Below, piece by piece: positions 21,181 through 34,541 of a stretch of DNA of 56,513 bases (the stretch's first letter is position 1; each line of letters starts with the position of its first letter). The notes beneath the pieces are model-generated. The model saw only the letters and a list, made by a program, of their open reading frames with translations, had not been told where the DNA came from and ran no database searches. The DNA lies in the NCBI GenBank assembly GCA_009103225.1, contig RHPI01000560.1, positions 1 through 56,513 of the forward strand, written 5' to 3'. The position numbers and the translations under genes are program-made. Origin of the DNA: Chlorokybus atmophyticus. Its lineage: Eukaryota; Plantae; Mesostigma and Chlorokybus algae.

Positions 21181-23596
21181 CAAGTCCCTACTATGGACTC
21201 AAGCGGCTTGCACGCTTAGACTCAGCCTCATATTTAGTAACTTCATAATTATCTGTTGTAATTTGGCTAGTAGAGCTAGTACATTGAGAGAGACTAGACT
21301 GGAGCAACTTAAGCAAGCATGTTTGTGGGGCAGAAAGACCAAGTAGTTTAGCACATGGAACTACGTATTAGCATCAGTCAAGGGTTTTATACCTAGCACA
21401 GGCAATTTTACAGCTGCCAAGTGGCGGGCTAACGAATATCTCGGGCGTCCAACTATTGAAATCGCCGCCCAACTGTTCACAACTGTCATAATCGCCAAAC
21501 GAACCGTCTATGACTGTCAGACCCGTCAGACCAATTGTAAAACCCATCACACTTATTGTCAAACCTGCCAGACCTACCGCTCAAACTGTTTGTATTGCCA
21601 GATCAGCCGCCTAGGCTCCAACCAGGTGTAGGGTCTATCCTCAAGTCCGACCCTAACAAACAGCTCACTCATGTGCCTAGTCTCAAGTCCAGCTGAAACT
21701 AGCACCATGCAATTGATAACAGCATAATAATGCAAGCTGACTGAACAGTTCTGAACCAAGTCATAGACCAATCCTAAGCAGGTCTAGACTGTCATAGACT
21801 GTTTCAAATGTTAACACTCCCATCCAGGCAGCTTGTGCAGGCTCCTCGGACCCCCCTTCTGTTTGACAGCTCCCACGATCTTCTTCAGCTTTCCTCGCTC
21901 CCTCAAACTTTCGCAAACACCTCAACCATGCTCCCGCCTTCACCAAGCACTCCATATGCTCTCCTTCAGGTGTTGCACCACACCGAAAGCTTTAGCTGCT
22001 GCGCATGCAGCTCCTCATCAAGTACTTGACTGTACTCACATCTAAGTGCTAGACCCGCACATAAAAACCCTCCAGACGCTGCACCACGTCCTCCATCTAG
22101 GCATGCAAGCTGTGCCCAGACTCCCACCACTGTACTAACCCTAACACACGGAATTTTTGTCCACAGACCTGGGTAAAAACGCCCGGGGGCTTGGGATCCG
22201 GACCAGGGTCGCCCGCCGTGGTTTGCGTGCGGGGATTAAGGCTGGCCCAAAAGTTACGTAATTGTCACGCTTGCTCCCTCAAAAACCGGACCAGCTCTGA
22301 TCCCGTATACGTACCTCCATACCCAGAGCGTCTCTAGAGACGAGGTGATATGTGTGGCCGAGATGCTCAGCGTCTCTGTCGGTCGGCCTATCAGCGGCAC
22401 ATCATAAGTCCCTAACCTAACTGGTATCTATATCAATTGCAGGCTGTTGATATCGAGCCCCATTGAAGGCTTGGATATCAGCAGCTTTACTCTGGTGTGG
22501 TTGGGCGTTGCTGGCATGGGCGGCGGCATGGGAGGTGAAGGAGGCGGCGGCGGCGGCGCTATTAGTGATAGTGTTCTTGATGCTTGTTGTGTTCAAGAGT
22601 GTAAAGCTATTTAGCGGAATTCTATAACCAGTAACCAATAGGGCCCTGGTTAGATAACTTGTTTTCTCACTCCTTGCTTCGCTGGTTAAGTTAATACGAC
22701 ACTTGCGTGTGTGCGTTGATGTCACGTGCATGTGCGTTGCCATACGTGCAGCATGCGTGTGTGTTTGCATTGTGTAGCATGGGGTTGTCAACATTAGGCT
22801 ATTGTGTGTTTACACTATGCATTTGCACAACCGTTATGCTCATTTTAAAGCCGCTCATTTGGTTAGTGTGTTTACAATAAGCAGGTGACCTGCGCTAACT
22901 CGTGCGGAAGGTGTTGCCACCGCATGAACACGGGCATGGATAAGCCAAGCCAAGACATCGGACTCAAGGTGAGTACGTGTTTGCCTGCGTGTATGTCTGT
23001 CCGTGGTGTAGGTAATGGTAGTACGTATGAGTATCCACACACAGTTCACACAGTACTTGTGCTGGTTGAGTGATTACTGTTCTGATTGACCAAGAACTTG
23101 TGGCCCTGCTTGAAAGCTTACAATACCGTTGCTGCCAATGCAGCGAGTGCTGTACGTATTGCATGGTGTTGTGTATGTGACCGAAACAAGTTGTATCCCG
23201 TATACGTACCTCCATACCCAAAGCACAGAAAAAACAACCATGTGTATGTCTCTCTTGTTTGTGCGTTGAGCATAGGCGTGTGTCAGCAGCAGGGACTACA
23301 TTGTGTGCGTGTGTGCTTATAAACGATCAAGTTTCCAAGCAACCAGGCCAGGTGTGTATACGTACGCAATGTAGTTGTGTTGTACTAACTTCTACAATCA
23401 GTTGCCAAGCCGCTCATTTGATTGTTGTCGAGCAGGTGACCTCGCCGCGCCACCCGCCAAAGGTGTCTCCACCGTTAAACCTGTACTTAGACACAGTCTT
23501 TCATTTATATATAAGCAAGTGGGTGGGGGCGGGTGGGGGTGGCATATGCGTGAGCCGCCGCTGCTGCGGCAGACACTGCGTTTGAGGAGGGGGGGG

Positions 23597-23883
23597 NNNN
23601 NNNNNNNNNNNNNNNNNNNNNNNNNNNNNNNNNNNNNNNNNNNNNNNNNNNNNNNNNNNNNNNNNNNNNNNNNNNNNNNNNNNNNNNNNNNNNNNNNNNN
23701 NNNNNNNNNNNNNNNNNNNNNNNNNNNNNNNNNNNNNNNNNNNNNNNNNNNNNNNNNNNNNNNNNNNNNNNNNNNNNNNNNNNNNNNNNNNNNNNNNNNN
23801 NNNNNNNNNNNNNNNNNNNNNNNNNNNNNNNNNNNNNNNNNNNNNNNNNNNNNNNNNNNNNNNNNNNNNNNNNNNNNNNNNNN
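23597..23883. other. Assembly gap (N run)
   Basis: Run of N. Confidence 1.
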
Positions 23884-26800
23884 GGATACGTGTAAGTCTG
23901 CAGCTGCTGCTGCTACGCGTGTATGAGGGTGTCTCCTTGTGCGTGCGTGAACAATTGCAGCTTGCTATTGCATTGTGTAACATGTTTCTGCATTTGCAGT
24001 GCCTATTGCGCAGTAAGGGAGCAAGTGGTGTTTGAGTGAGGTGCTGCATAGTGGCCAAGGTGGGGGGATGCGTGTGTGTGTGAACAGCCTGTTTAGCTGC
24101 TCTGTCCGCAGCATTGTGGGCTATGCGTGTATGCTGGTGCAATGCATGCGTGCATGTGTTTATCTTGGTGTTTCTTGCAGGAGCATGGCTTGGCAAGTGG
24201 CTCTGCGTCATGTCAGGGACTTGAGTAGTCTTCAAGGCTTGCCAGTATCGAAGACCTTATGTGATGGCATTGAGTTCTCCGCGGCTGCGAAGTTGTTAGA
24301 CACATCGAGGATGCATGGAGTGCTTGAAGATGGTCTGTCTTCATCGCGCATGCCACATACGTTTACATCAAGAGCGGCACAAGCGATGATAGCGAACAAG
24401 ACAAGTCCGTCTTCTCCTGCAATGTGGTTGCCAATGGCGGCGCTGGCAACCATGGTTGCCGCCACCCAAGTACGATGACTTGTAATGCATTGGCTTGCAA
24501 CACAGCAACTTGATGTTATGCTTGTGTTCGCAGGCTAACATGGGTAGCGATCAAGGAGATGAAGGAGCAGAACAGCACGAGCTTCATCATCATGATGTGT
24601 GCCATTATGATCACTGACGCTGCCCTGGTCGTGTTGTACAGGTAATTACACGTGCATGCATGTGTGTTGCGCGGGGAATGGGCAGTAGTGAAGGTAGATA
24701 AGCAGTGAGCTTGGACATCCCGGTGGTGAACGTTAAGAGTGCGATGGTGCAGCGTGCGGACTGCATGCATGTTTGCTACATCCTCATGCATGCCACAATC
24801 CTTGCATACTATATTATACTCATTACACGCACTCCACATATTGTGATGATGCAGTGTGAGCTGCGTGTGTGCATAAAGAATGCAATGCAGTATTTGGTGC
24901 ATGCACACAGACCCGCGCATGCACGTGCGTGCGGCGCGAATGTTCCGGTTATGTATGCTGCGTGTTTCGCAGCATAAGCGCATCATTGGCTACATCATTT
25001 CAAATGTAACGCAGCACTGCAGCAAGTGTAAACGGGTTTGGCCAGCTGTCATAGTAACTCAATTGTTACTTTGCATGCGGTGACGGTTCGCCAACAATCT
25101 GACCATCAAAGATGCGTGCATACCGTATGCACGTGCCGCATGCACAAGTACACATGCGCACGCACACGCGCACTGACAAATGAGACCTTCATTGGTATAT
25201 ACATATGCATATGAAATTCAGCACAGCGCCAGTAGCACATGTAAGGCAGGAGTATACTACGTAGGCTTACGTCCCATCAGCACACAAATGATGCTTGTTG
25301 CAATCACGGCATTGCATTTATCGTCCATACCATTGCTGCTGCTGCTGCTGCTGATGATGATGTTAATGATAATAATACGCAACCATTCAAGTTGGGTCGC
25401 GACAACTGCGCACTCCTCGCATGCCGAAGGCGGCCAGTGCAGTTCACAACTGATTGCTTGCACGTGCACCACTCAAGTTGCTGCTTAAGGCGATATACTA
25501 CTATACTACACTATACTGCAGTGAGCGGTGCCAGTACCACTACTCAGTAATGGTTCTGGCACAGTAGTGACTGGCGCTGCATATGCACTGTGGCAGTGCA
25601 ATCCGCGCTGTAGCGCTTCCACTCTCACACACCCGTGGTGCACTGTTGGAGCCATGGCACTGCACCACTCATGACGATAACCAGTACGGAGAGTGGGGAG
25701 CAGTGACACCGCTATAAGGCACCAGCACCAAAGCTTAATGAGAGCAGGCACTGTCTCTCACTCAGGCTCTCCTGCCAATAACAACACTGCCCATAGACTG
25801 AATAATCGAAAGGCGTGACGTCATACTGTACACCGCCGCCTGCCCCTGTCCCATCAGTAAGTGGCTGTCAAACTCTGCCAACCGCCCAGACAACCAGCTT
25901 GTCACACTGATGGTCTAACCAGTCCGACACGCTAGAGGGGATTCTGTGTGTCAGGAAAGCAGCAGATGCACACAACACGCACGCAACACTCATTACCTTG
26001 ACAAGCCATCACCAGCACACACTGGCAAGAGCAGCAACTCGGCTCTCTGTGTAACGCCATGCCGGAGAGAGCCAAGCCTGTGGGTTTGAAGGTGCTTAGC
26101 GTGGGGAGGTCTGTCGCACGCAGCGCTGCGAGCAGCTAAACAGGGTTGTTCTTCTTGGATTCACTGAAGTGTGAAGGCGAGTGGTGTCAAGGTGAGACTT
26201 GTGGACAAGCTTGTCTGTGTGTTTATATGAGTTCATGAAGCGCATGAAATGCGCGCCCATGAACTCAAGAACTCGTTAATGAGTTATGAGACTCTTGTGC
26301 CCCTAGTGCCTCGGGCACTAGGGGGCACAAGCACTCACTAGGCGTGAGTGTGAGCCACAAGCTCCTTATCTAGTCGCTTGAAACCCTAGCACGGCGGCGC
26401 CATCCTTGGCGAGGGTGGCGAGGGTGGTATACTTTGCAGGTGTACAGGCTTCTCAAGCTTCGACCTCGGCATCGGCAGCGATGACGCCCTCAACAAGTCG
26501 AAGACCGAAGAAGCGCGTGACATTCGCACATGACGTGAAGAAGCAGTAGTTCTCATAGTTGTAGCCTAGCACCTTAGTGCAGACCTTGTGTATAGATCAG
26601 CCTGTATCTGTACACTTGTACATTTGATCTATCGACCCTTGCGACCCCCCAGCATGAGCTGTGTGTGTCGCATATAACTCGTGTGTGAGTTCTGGCTGCT
26701 CTTGTGACCGAGTATGTGCACGCTCAGAACTGGTTTTGTTGCCAAGCATGATCATCATGCATGCATGTACGGTGCCTTGCGAGCTTTTCTCAAGCAGCTT

Positions 26801-27065
26801 GCAAACGACAACCAAACGAGATGAGACAAGAAGTTGGCAAAATGCAGTCTTTATGTCAGGGCAGCTTGGCAGTTTAGCGGTGGGGCTGTCTTTATGCTTC
26901 GTGACTAGTCTAGTGTCGTTTGGCATGCACTCATGCACGACAGCACAGCGTGTTCTTTACCCGTGTCCGACCCTGACACCTTCTCCACAACATGATGCTT
27001 TGCACGCAGACGTAAGGCAGCAGAGGTTGCTGTAGCGCAAGAGCAAGAGCCAGAACAGGAGCGCA

Positions 27066-27602
27066 ATGGCTGAGGGTGGCGACGACCCCATGGAGCGCGT
27101 GCGCCGCGGAGCGCACAAGGGCGGACAGCGCATCCACGAGATGGCAGCAGAGGTGAGTGAGGTTGTGTGTCACAGACGAGCACGTGACACGCATCTGTGC
27201 AAGTGACATGCGTGCACGGGCATGCAACCACACTCAAGTATCCCTGTCCCCTCTCAACCTCTCTTGCATGCTTGACACGCTCAGCCACCCCCACCCCCAC
27301 ACACTGACTCACTCACTCTCTGTGTGTCCCCCCCCCAGCGTCGCGGCGAGGACCCCAACAGCACCGGCAAGTACACGTCCGGCGGCAGGGAGCCCACGGC
27401 GTACCAGAAGGACGTGATGCAGGAGGAGGAGCAGCAGCAGCAGCAGCAGCGTCCTATCGCCGGCACCGGCACCGGCACAGGCGGGCGTCGTGGGGCCCCT
27501 CTTTCCTCAGAGGAGGAGCTCGGAGGGGGCCGCGGGGCTGGCTATGGCGCGGGGGCTGGAGGAGGCCGTGATGAGGATGAAGAGGAGGACGAGGAGTCGT
27601 AG
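27066..27602 (+). CDS. Small hydrophilic/acidic protein, LEA/KGG-motif-like (116 aa; exons 27066-27152, 27339-27602)
   Basis: ATG, GTGAGT donor, (C)nCAG acceptor, in-frame join: MAEGGDDPMERVRRGAHKGGQRIHEMAAE-RRGEDPNSTGKY...DEEEDEES*. Paralogue at 33991. LEA label is inferred from composition. Confidence 0.75.
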
Positions 27603-28780
27603 GAGAAGAAAGAGGACTTGTGTACAGAGGTGATGTGTTGGTGTGGCTGCTCTGCTGAGCGCTGGGAGAGGGGTGGGACTCCAAGTGACTTGTTCTTTTT
27701 GGCGTGGCCCTGTGTACATGGTGTGTATACGAAGCACGGGTGCAACAACGGCTGTTTGGACACTGCAGTGTTCTGGTGAGGGTTACAGTGTGATATATAT
27801 AAGAGGCAACACATAAACTGGGATGCGAAAATGTGCAACACTATGCTGCGCCAGTGAGACGTGTGTGACTGTCATTCAGAGACCGCAGCTGCGACCCACA
27901 CCAGCATTTGAATAGTGTTAACGTTGGCCTTGTGGAGGAGTGTGCTTCTCAACGAACCGTGGTTATGAGCAACATCAAAGCACACTGGTCGTGTTGTACA
28001 GGTAGTTACACGTGCATGCATGTGTGTTGCACGGGGTATGGGCAGTAGTGCAGGTAGATAAGTAGTGAACTTGGACATCCCGGTGGTGCATATAAGAGTG
28101 CGATGGTGTAGTGTGCGGACTGCATGCATGTTTGCTACATTCTCATGCATGCCACAATCCTTGCATACTATATTATACAATTAGGCAGGCTTGTCGTTGG
28201 TTGACACTGACAGTTTATCTGATAGACTACATAGTTGTCTACACAAACTTCACAGTGACGCGATTGTCTGATGAAGCATCGTCATGGATACAGGCGTATG
28301 TTGATGATGAAAGTGTGCTCGCGCATGCACACCACAACATGGTCACACCAGCATGCCATCACAGTGTACACACACGAGGAAACTGCTCGCATAGAATCCT
28401 ACAGGCTTCTTCTTGCAAACAAGCACTTGGCAGCAGCAGCATACGTGACAGCACAACATCCAGAACTGATGATGATGATACACCACCATGTTGTCATTGG
28501 CGCTATCTTACGCGCACTGTCTTGCATATCCTCCTAAACCGACAACACTGCAGGCCAAGGCTACGACCCTTAGTACGTGTACCTATCGCAGGTGCCCTAT
28601 TCCTGGAATACAAAGACTGTTTGACGGTGAGATTGCATACTCCAACCCAACGCATACTGGCATACTAGCATGCGCCTCATTTGCTATTGTCACTTCCGTC
28701 CAGTCCAGCCCAATCGATGTCACAACAGGACTGCAGACGAGTGATACTTAGTTGCAAGGAGGCACACACACATGCGCATG

Positions 28781-29189
28781 TCACTCTTCGTCCACGCGCA
28801 TGTTGGTGAAGGCTACTCTGTCCTGCTGCTTGGCCTTGTTGGTGGCGGTTTTTCCCTGCACAAGGCTGCGGCGGTAGCTGCTGCTGCTGCCAGACCCACC
28901 AGGAACTGCCACTTTCTCCTCCTCCTCCTCCTCCAGGGCCAGCAGGGCTGGCATTCGTGCCGTGAACTCCTCCACGCCAAAGATGTCCTCCTCTGCGCAT
29001 GGAATTTTCAATGTGAGTGACAGCTGACTGTTGTTGTGACCGTGAGTGACATGTGGTAAAGTGTGCACGCACCGTAGTCGGCTTCGGTGCCGTAAAGGAT
29101 GCCGGAGCCGTGCTCGCCCGAGCCGTGGATGACGGGCACGCCGTTGCTGTTGTAGCGGATGCGCACGGTTTGCCCTGGACAAGTTGATT

Positions 29190-29226
<37 letters not shown>

Positions 29227-30452
29227 GCAAACAAATGCTACACTTGTTGCAACAGCTTGGTATGACACAGAAAGTCAGAGTAGGCATCCTTACCCAGGAC
29301 TCCATGCAGACTCAGACAGGCCCATGGCGTCATTCATGTCGAAGATGACGTGCGCTGCCTCGAGCGAGACAGTGATCGCCAAGCCGAGGCGCGCCACCCT
29401 CACAACAGCCAACTGGTCCCACACGGTCACAACTACGCCGCCACTCAGTAGAATGTCATCCCCCTCCAGACATGTGCCATTGTCCGCAAAGAATACGCCA
29501 CCATCATCGCCAATTGCCGGCATTCCTCCAGCAATCTCCCTCTTGTGCTGCACAGTGGAAAGGTACACATCAGATCAACACGTGCATAGAGACAGCCCGT
29601 TCATGTGAGTGTGCGTGCGCGCGCGCGCATAATTGTGTGCTCGCGTGACATGTGCATGCCTCTGCGCATGCGTGTACACGACAGTGTGCGCGCGCTCTGT
29701 GTGTGCGCGTGTACCTGAGCGATGAGGCGGATGGGGGTCTGGTCCGGTGCGGGAATTTCAAAGGCGATGTTGGTCATGTAGGTGTTGGCAGGGTACGTGG
29801 GGATGCCGTCGGGTTCGGAAAAGTGCGCTGCAAGCCAGAAGCCCGTCTCGGGATCGGACACCAGTGCATAGTTACGTCCCTTGCCCTCCTCCGTCCTCCC
29901 AGCATCCTGTTCACCGTCCCAAGTCAGTGCACACAACAACAACAACAACAACATCGACAACGACAGCGACAACGACAGCGACAACGACAACAACTGCAGA
30001 CATGCCTGGAAGTCAAACTTCTGGGAGTTGAATCAGGTGAAGTGCGGGTCACGGCACCCTTTGGCTTGCGAGGTGGTGGCTGTTTCACCCCCTTAACCAG
30101 GAACCTTTTTCACTTGACATCCTGTAGGGCACTTGCAATTGCAGGAGATGGATGGTGTACTGCATCGCCCAGTCGGGTGGCCGGTCACTTCATTGAATGG
30201 GGTGCTGCAGCGGATGTTGTAGCTGCCGCTGCAGGTGAGGCCGTTTGGGCAGGAATCCGCATTGCAGGCGGCGAAGCCTTGTTGCACGCAGGACCCACCT
30301 ATAATGTCACCCACAAACTTGCACGTCGTTAAGGCCTTGAACACCGTGCACTGCGCCGCGGTGGTCGGGACGTGAAGCAGCAGCAGCAGGAGCGATGCAG
30401 TTGCCGCCAGAGTTAAGGGCAGGGTTGCCCTCCCTGCCATCACTCGCGCCAT
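28781..30452 (-). pseudogene. Secreted Cys-rich + vWD/Root_cap-like protein, paralogue A (two in-frame stops in exon 1)
   Basis: Signal peptide; VPG*GGETATTSQAKGCRDPHFT*FNSQKFDFQ; RNYALVSDPETGFWLAAHF; AWSPG-QT replacing HGVLGQT; same 5-exon layout as paralogue B. Confidence 0.8.
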
Positions 30453-32593
30453 GCTGATACTGCTGAACTATTTGCCCGCCACCTCACAGAAACACACAAT
30501 GCCTGCACTGCTAGCTCTTTCTCGCTTTCTCTCTCACGGCGAGCATGCGTCACGGGTACTGATGCAAGTACTATTTATAGTCATTTGGCAGAGCAGCGTG
30601 GGGCGCAACGCGCGCAGCTGCGCTGTTGCCAGCGAAGGCGTTAGCGGCCCCAAGTAAGGCGGCGTGGGGTAGGGACGTGTGTCCTGCGCCATATGCGGCG
30701 GTACATCTTGGGCAAGGCGCCGTAGGTACATCAGGTACACGAACGCCTAACTGCAGTGGCAGTTGCTGCTGGTCATGCAAGACACAGGGCCTCATCCTGA
30801 ACAAGGTAAGCTCATTTCAAGTTGAATTAGGCTATTGTTGAATTATTCAACATTACCCCCGACCAAACACTCGACGCGCCTACGTTGCAACACTGTTATT
30901 TCATTACACTAACTACACCTTTACCAAGCCCCTCACACGCGTCTCTGCTTCCTATTCGGTAGGTTGCACGCCACGGACAGCGCCCTTGCAGATGCATGGT
31001 ACGCTCAGCCTAGAGCCGGGCGCATGTGCTTGGCCGCCTGCGAGCGAGGTGATGACACCTTGGCGCCGCCCGTGCATTTGTGCGCACAAGTTGTGCGGCA
31101 CAAACATGCACACTGCGTTTCTCACACGCTTGCTCACAGCAGTGAATGCGAGTCGCGTAATCGTCATGCAACCCCGAGGAACAGGCACAGAAGGAGATTG
31201 AGGTCCTGCGGTGCACGTGTGATCGTACTTCTTGGGCAAGCCGTCGTTGCACGCACTTGACATGTAGGCCTAGTGGGCTATAATCCTGGCCTACAGCCTG
31301 ATAATCATGTGTCCATCTGTGTCGACTACTCACACCGTGTGAAAGCTGACAGCAAGGCAGGGGCCACCAACCCTTGTAACTGCCTCCTTGCCGACAAGCC
31401 CTACTCATGTAATACAAGTTCAATGTACTCAAGATACACTTGAGGTTACACCCTAACTTTGGTCTAGGTAAGTTTTTACTTACTATGAGTTATACCCACA
31501 AGTGGACCACTAGCAGTGGTGATACAAGTTGCATCATGGCAACAATGGCAACGCGTAGACCGTCCACAAATACTCGGTTTGCACCCTGCCGCGATCGCGA
31601 GCTGCAGGCCATAAGTCACAACATTATATGATATTTTGGTACAATCCGAAAACAAGCGCAACAAGTTGCCTGTATATCATTGGCGCATGGAAATATGCCA
31701 ACATTATGTGTAAAAATCATGAGCTTGCATCGGACAGTGCCGCAGGCGACGTAGTCTTGTAAAACAAGACTTACAAGCTTGACACTCTTGCGCATGCTGA
31801 TCATCATGCACTAACTTTTATCGCTTGTAAAACGCCCTCTGTTCTGTTTCGCTTTTTTGCGTGGCCATAGTCCGCAAGGCCCCGAAGAACGAGACTACTA
31901 CCGTATTTCGTCATAATCAACAGGGGGGGAGTATTTAAGTTAACCCCCCCCCCCCCCCCCCNTATTATTTCTATATGATTACTAATAAATTATAGGGGCT
32001 GGGGGTTGAGGGGTAACCCCCTCCTTTACACTCGCTTTACACCCTTAATTCAACACCAAATTAATTTTTAATGAGGGGTTGTTTGTAAAGAGGGAGGGGG
32101 TAAGATATGATAAAATTTGGTTTTCGCGTTGTAATTCCGAGATGGTTTATACAAAGCGTTAGATACAGCAATCATCGCATTTATCATTATATGGCAAGCA
32201 AGACCAAAAACACTACACATACTATATTGTATGTCAGCTTCAAATGGTTGTGATAAGCCAATATGCCAATCCCGCCTTTGGGGTGAAACACGGTGGCTTT
32301 GCTTACATTTGCATAACAATTGACATCCACATGCATCACGTATCAAAAGTACACGAACGTCCGCATTTCTTTCCGTAGATTAGCGTTTTTCATCTTAACA
32401 TATACGTGCAATAATAATTGTACAGATTACATGTACAACATAAGCTTGATCGAAACAGAATGAACCGGGATGTTGTGCATGTATTGTAGACGGTCCATGA
32501 GAATGAGTTTGTTAATTCACCAGCATGCAAATTTGCAAAATGACGTAGCACACATATTCATGCATCACGAGCCATGTTTAGTTGAATTACCCC

Positions 32594-33128
32594 NNNNNNN
32601 NNNNNNNNNNNNNNNNNNNNNNNNNNNNNNNNNNNNNNNNNNNNNNNNNNNNNNNNNNNNNNNNNNNNNNNNNNNNNNNNNNNNNNNNNNNNNNNNNNNN
32701 NNNNNNNNNNNNNNNNNNNNNNNNNNNNNNNNNNNNNNNNNNNNNNNNNNNNNNNNNNNNNNNNNNNNNNNNNNNNNNNNNNNNNNNNNNNNNNNNNNNN
32801 NNNNNNNNNNNNNNNNNNNNNNNNNNNNNNNNNNNNNNNNNNNNNNNNNNNNNNNNNNNNNNNNNNNNNNNNNNNNNNNNNNNNNNNNNNNNNNNNNNNN
32901 NNNNNNNNNNNNNNNNNNNNNNNNNNNNNNNNNNNNNNNNNNNNNNNNNNNNNNNNNNNNNNNNNNNNNNNNNNNNNNNNNNNNNNNNNNNNNNNNNNNN
33001 NNNNNNNNNNNNNNNNNNNNNNNNNNNNNNNNNNNNNNNNNNNNNNNNNNNNNNNNNNNNNNNNNNNNNNNNNNNNNNNNNNNNNNNNNNNNNNNNNNNN
33101 NNNNNNNNNNNNNNNNNNNNNNNNNNNN
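32594..33128. other. Assembly gap (N run) within an AT-rich island
   Basis: Run of N. Confidence 1.
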
Positions 33129-33990
33129 TCGCACGTTGTTACCCCTAATACAACACCCCCTTCCAATCATTGGGGGTGTTCAGGGGGTTTGTTGCTGAGA
33201 GGTACTTATTCAACTTTTCATCCTGTTGGACTTGTAAAACACGAAAACACGACAAAAATTTATGACTTGAAACCTCTATTATTTCATACCGTAGAGGTTT
33301 CAAGTCGAACACAATCGATGTCTCTCAATTGCAATAGCGGCTATTGCAAACAGCTTTGTATTCCATTGACGGAGTGTGTTGCCATGCGTTAACTCTTGGT
33401 TGCCTATTGATATACCTGAATATGTCGTCAAGACACTGACGAGCTTGGTCGCTTGCGTGTACTTGCGTGGCCTACGCTGCTAACATGCTCATGCAATTAA
33501 CACGAGGAGATGATCGCAACATCTTAAGATGTCGCAGACGCACTAAGGTGCATGCGCCGCGCAACAACGTTGCCTCATGCAAGTACAATGTGTACGAAGT
33601 GTACCAATGGGTGGACCTACCAAGACCTCTGCCAAGATCAGAGCTCTCCTGTGCTCTGTATTTGCTTGCCAGGCAAAAACTTCCTGAGGAAGCTGCAAGG
33701 GTATGCCACAAAGGGCTGCCAAATGCACTTGTCACGCCTAGGGCAAGGCGTCTCACTCTGATAAGAGCTTACTTATGGTGGTAAGGCAGGCTGTGTAAGG
33801 ATTTCGCTTCATGAGCATGTGTAGTGCTTGTTGTTTAGAGTCGCTTGGCATGCACTTATGCACAACAGTACAGCGTGTTCTTTACCCGTATCCAACCCTG
33901 ACACCTTCTCCACAACATGATGCTTTGCATGCAGACGTAAGGCAGCAGAGGTTGCTGTGGCGCAAGAGCAAGAGCCAGAACAGGAGCGCA

Positions 33991-34541
33991 ATGGCTGAGG
34001 GTGGCGACGACCCCATGGAGCGCGTGCGCCGCGGAGCACAAGGGCGGACAGCGCATCCACAAGATGGCAGCAGAGGTGAGTGAGGTTGTGTGTCACAGAC
34101 GTACATGTGAGACACATCTGTGCAAGTGACATACGCGCACGAGCATGCCACCAACGCCCTAACATCCCTGCTCTCTAACTCTCTTGCACCCTTTCGCGTG
34201 GACGCACGCATGCCCACGCACACACACAGTGTATGGCCCCCCCCCCCCCTCCCCACCACCACCACACACACACACTTACTCACCCTTGCTCCCCCCAGCG
34301 TCGCGGCGAGGACCCCAACCGTACCGGCAAGTACACTTCCGGCGGCATGGAGCCCACGGCGTACCAGAAGGATGTGATGGAGCAGGAGGAGCAGCAGCAG
34401 CAGCAGCAGCGTCCCAGCGCCGGCACCGGCACTGGCGGGCGTCGCGGGGCCCCTGTTTCCTCGGAAGAACTCGGTAACCGTGGGGCTGGCTATGGCGCGG
34501 GGGCTGACCGTGATGAGGATGAAGATGAGGACGAGGAGTAG
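33991..34541 (+). pseudogene. Second LEA-like paralogue, frameshifted
   Basis: 2-nt deletion (GGAGCACAAG vs GGAGCGCACAAG) in exon 1; splice sites and exon 2 otherwise conserved. Confidence 0.75.

Larger units (their letters stand above)
26905..31870. repeat. Segmental duplication unit 1 (homologous to ~33835-38190)
   Basis: Colinear blocks shared: LEA-like gene, Root_cap-like gene, and upstream blocks 31270-31400/37790-37910 and 31730-31860/38085-38190. Confidence 0.85.

Noticed and set aside
23375-24235. Long ORFs spanning the first N run
   Set aside because: Artefacts of translating N; the same applies to ORFs at 32470-33198.
31890-31920. TACCGTATTT as a Tc1/mariner-type TIR
   Set aside because: No matching inverted end was found on the far side of the gap.
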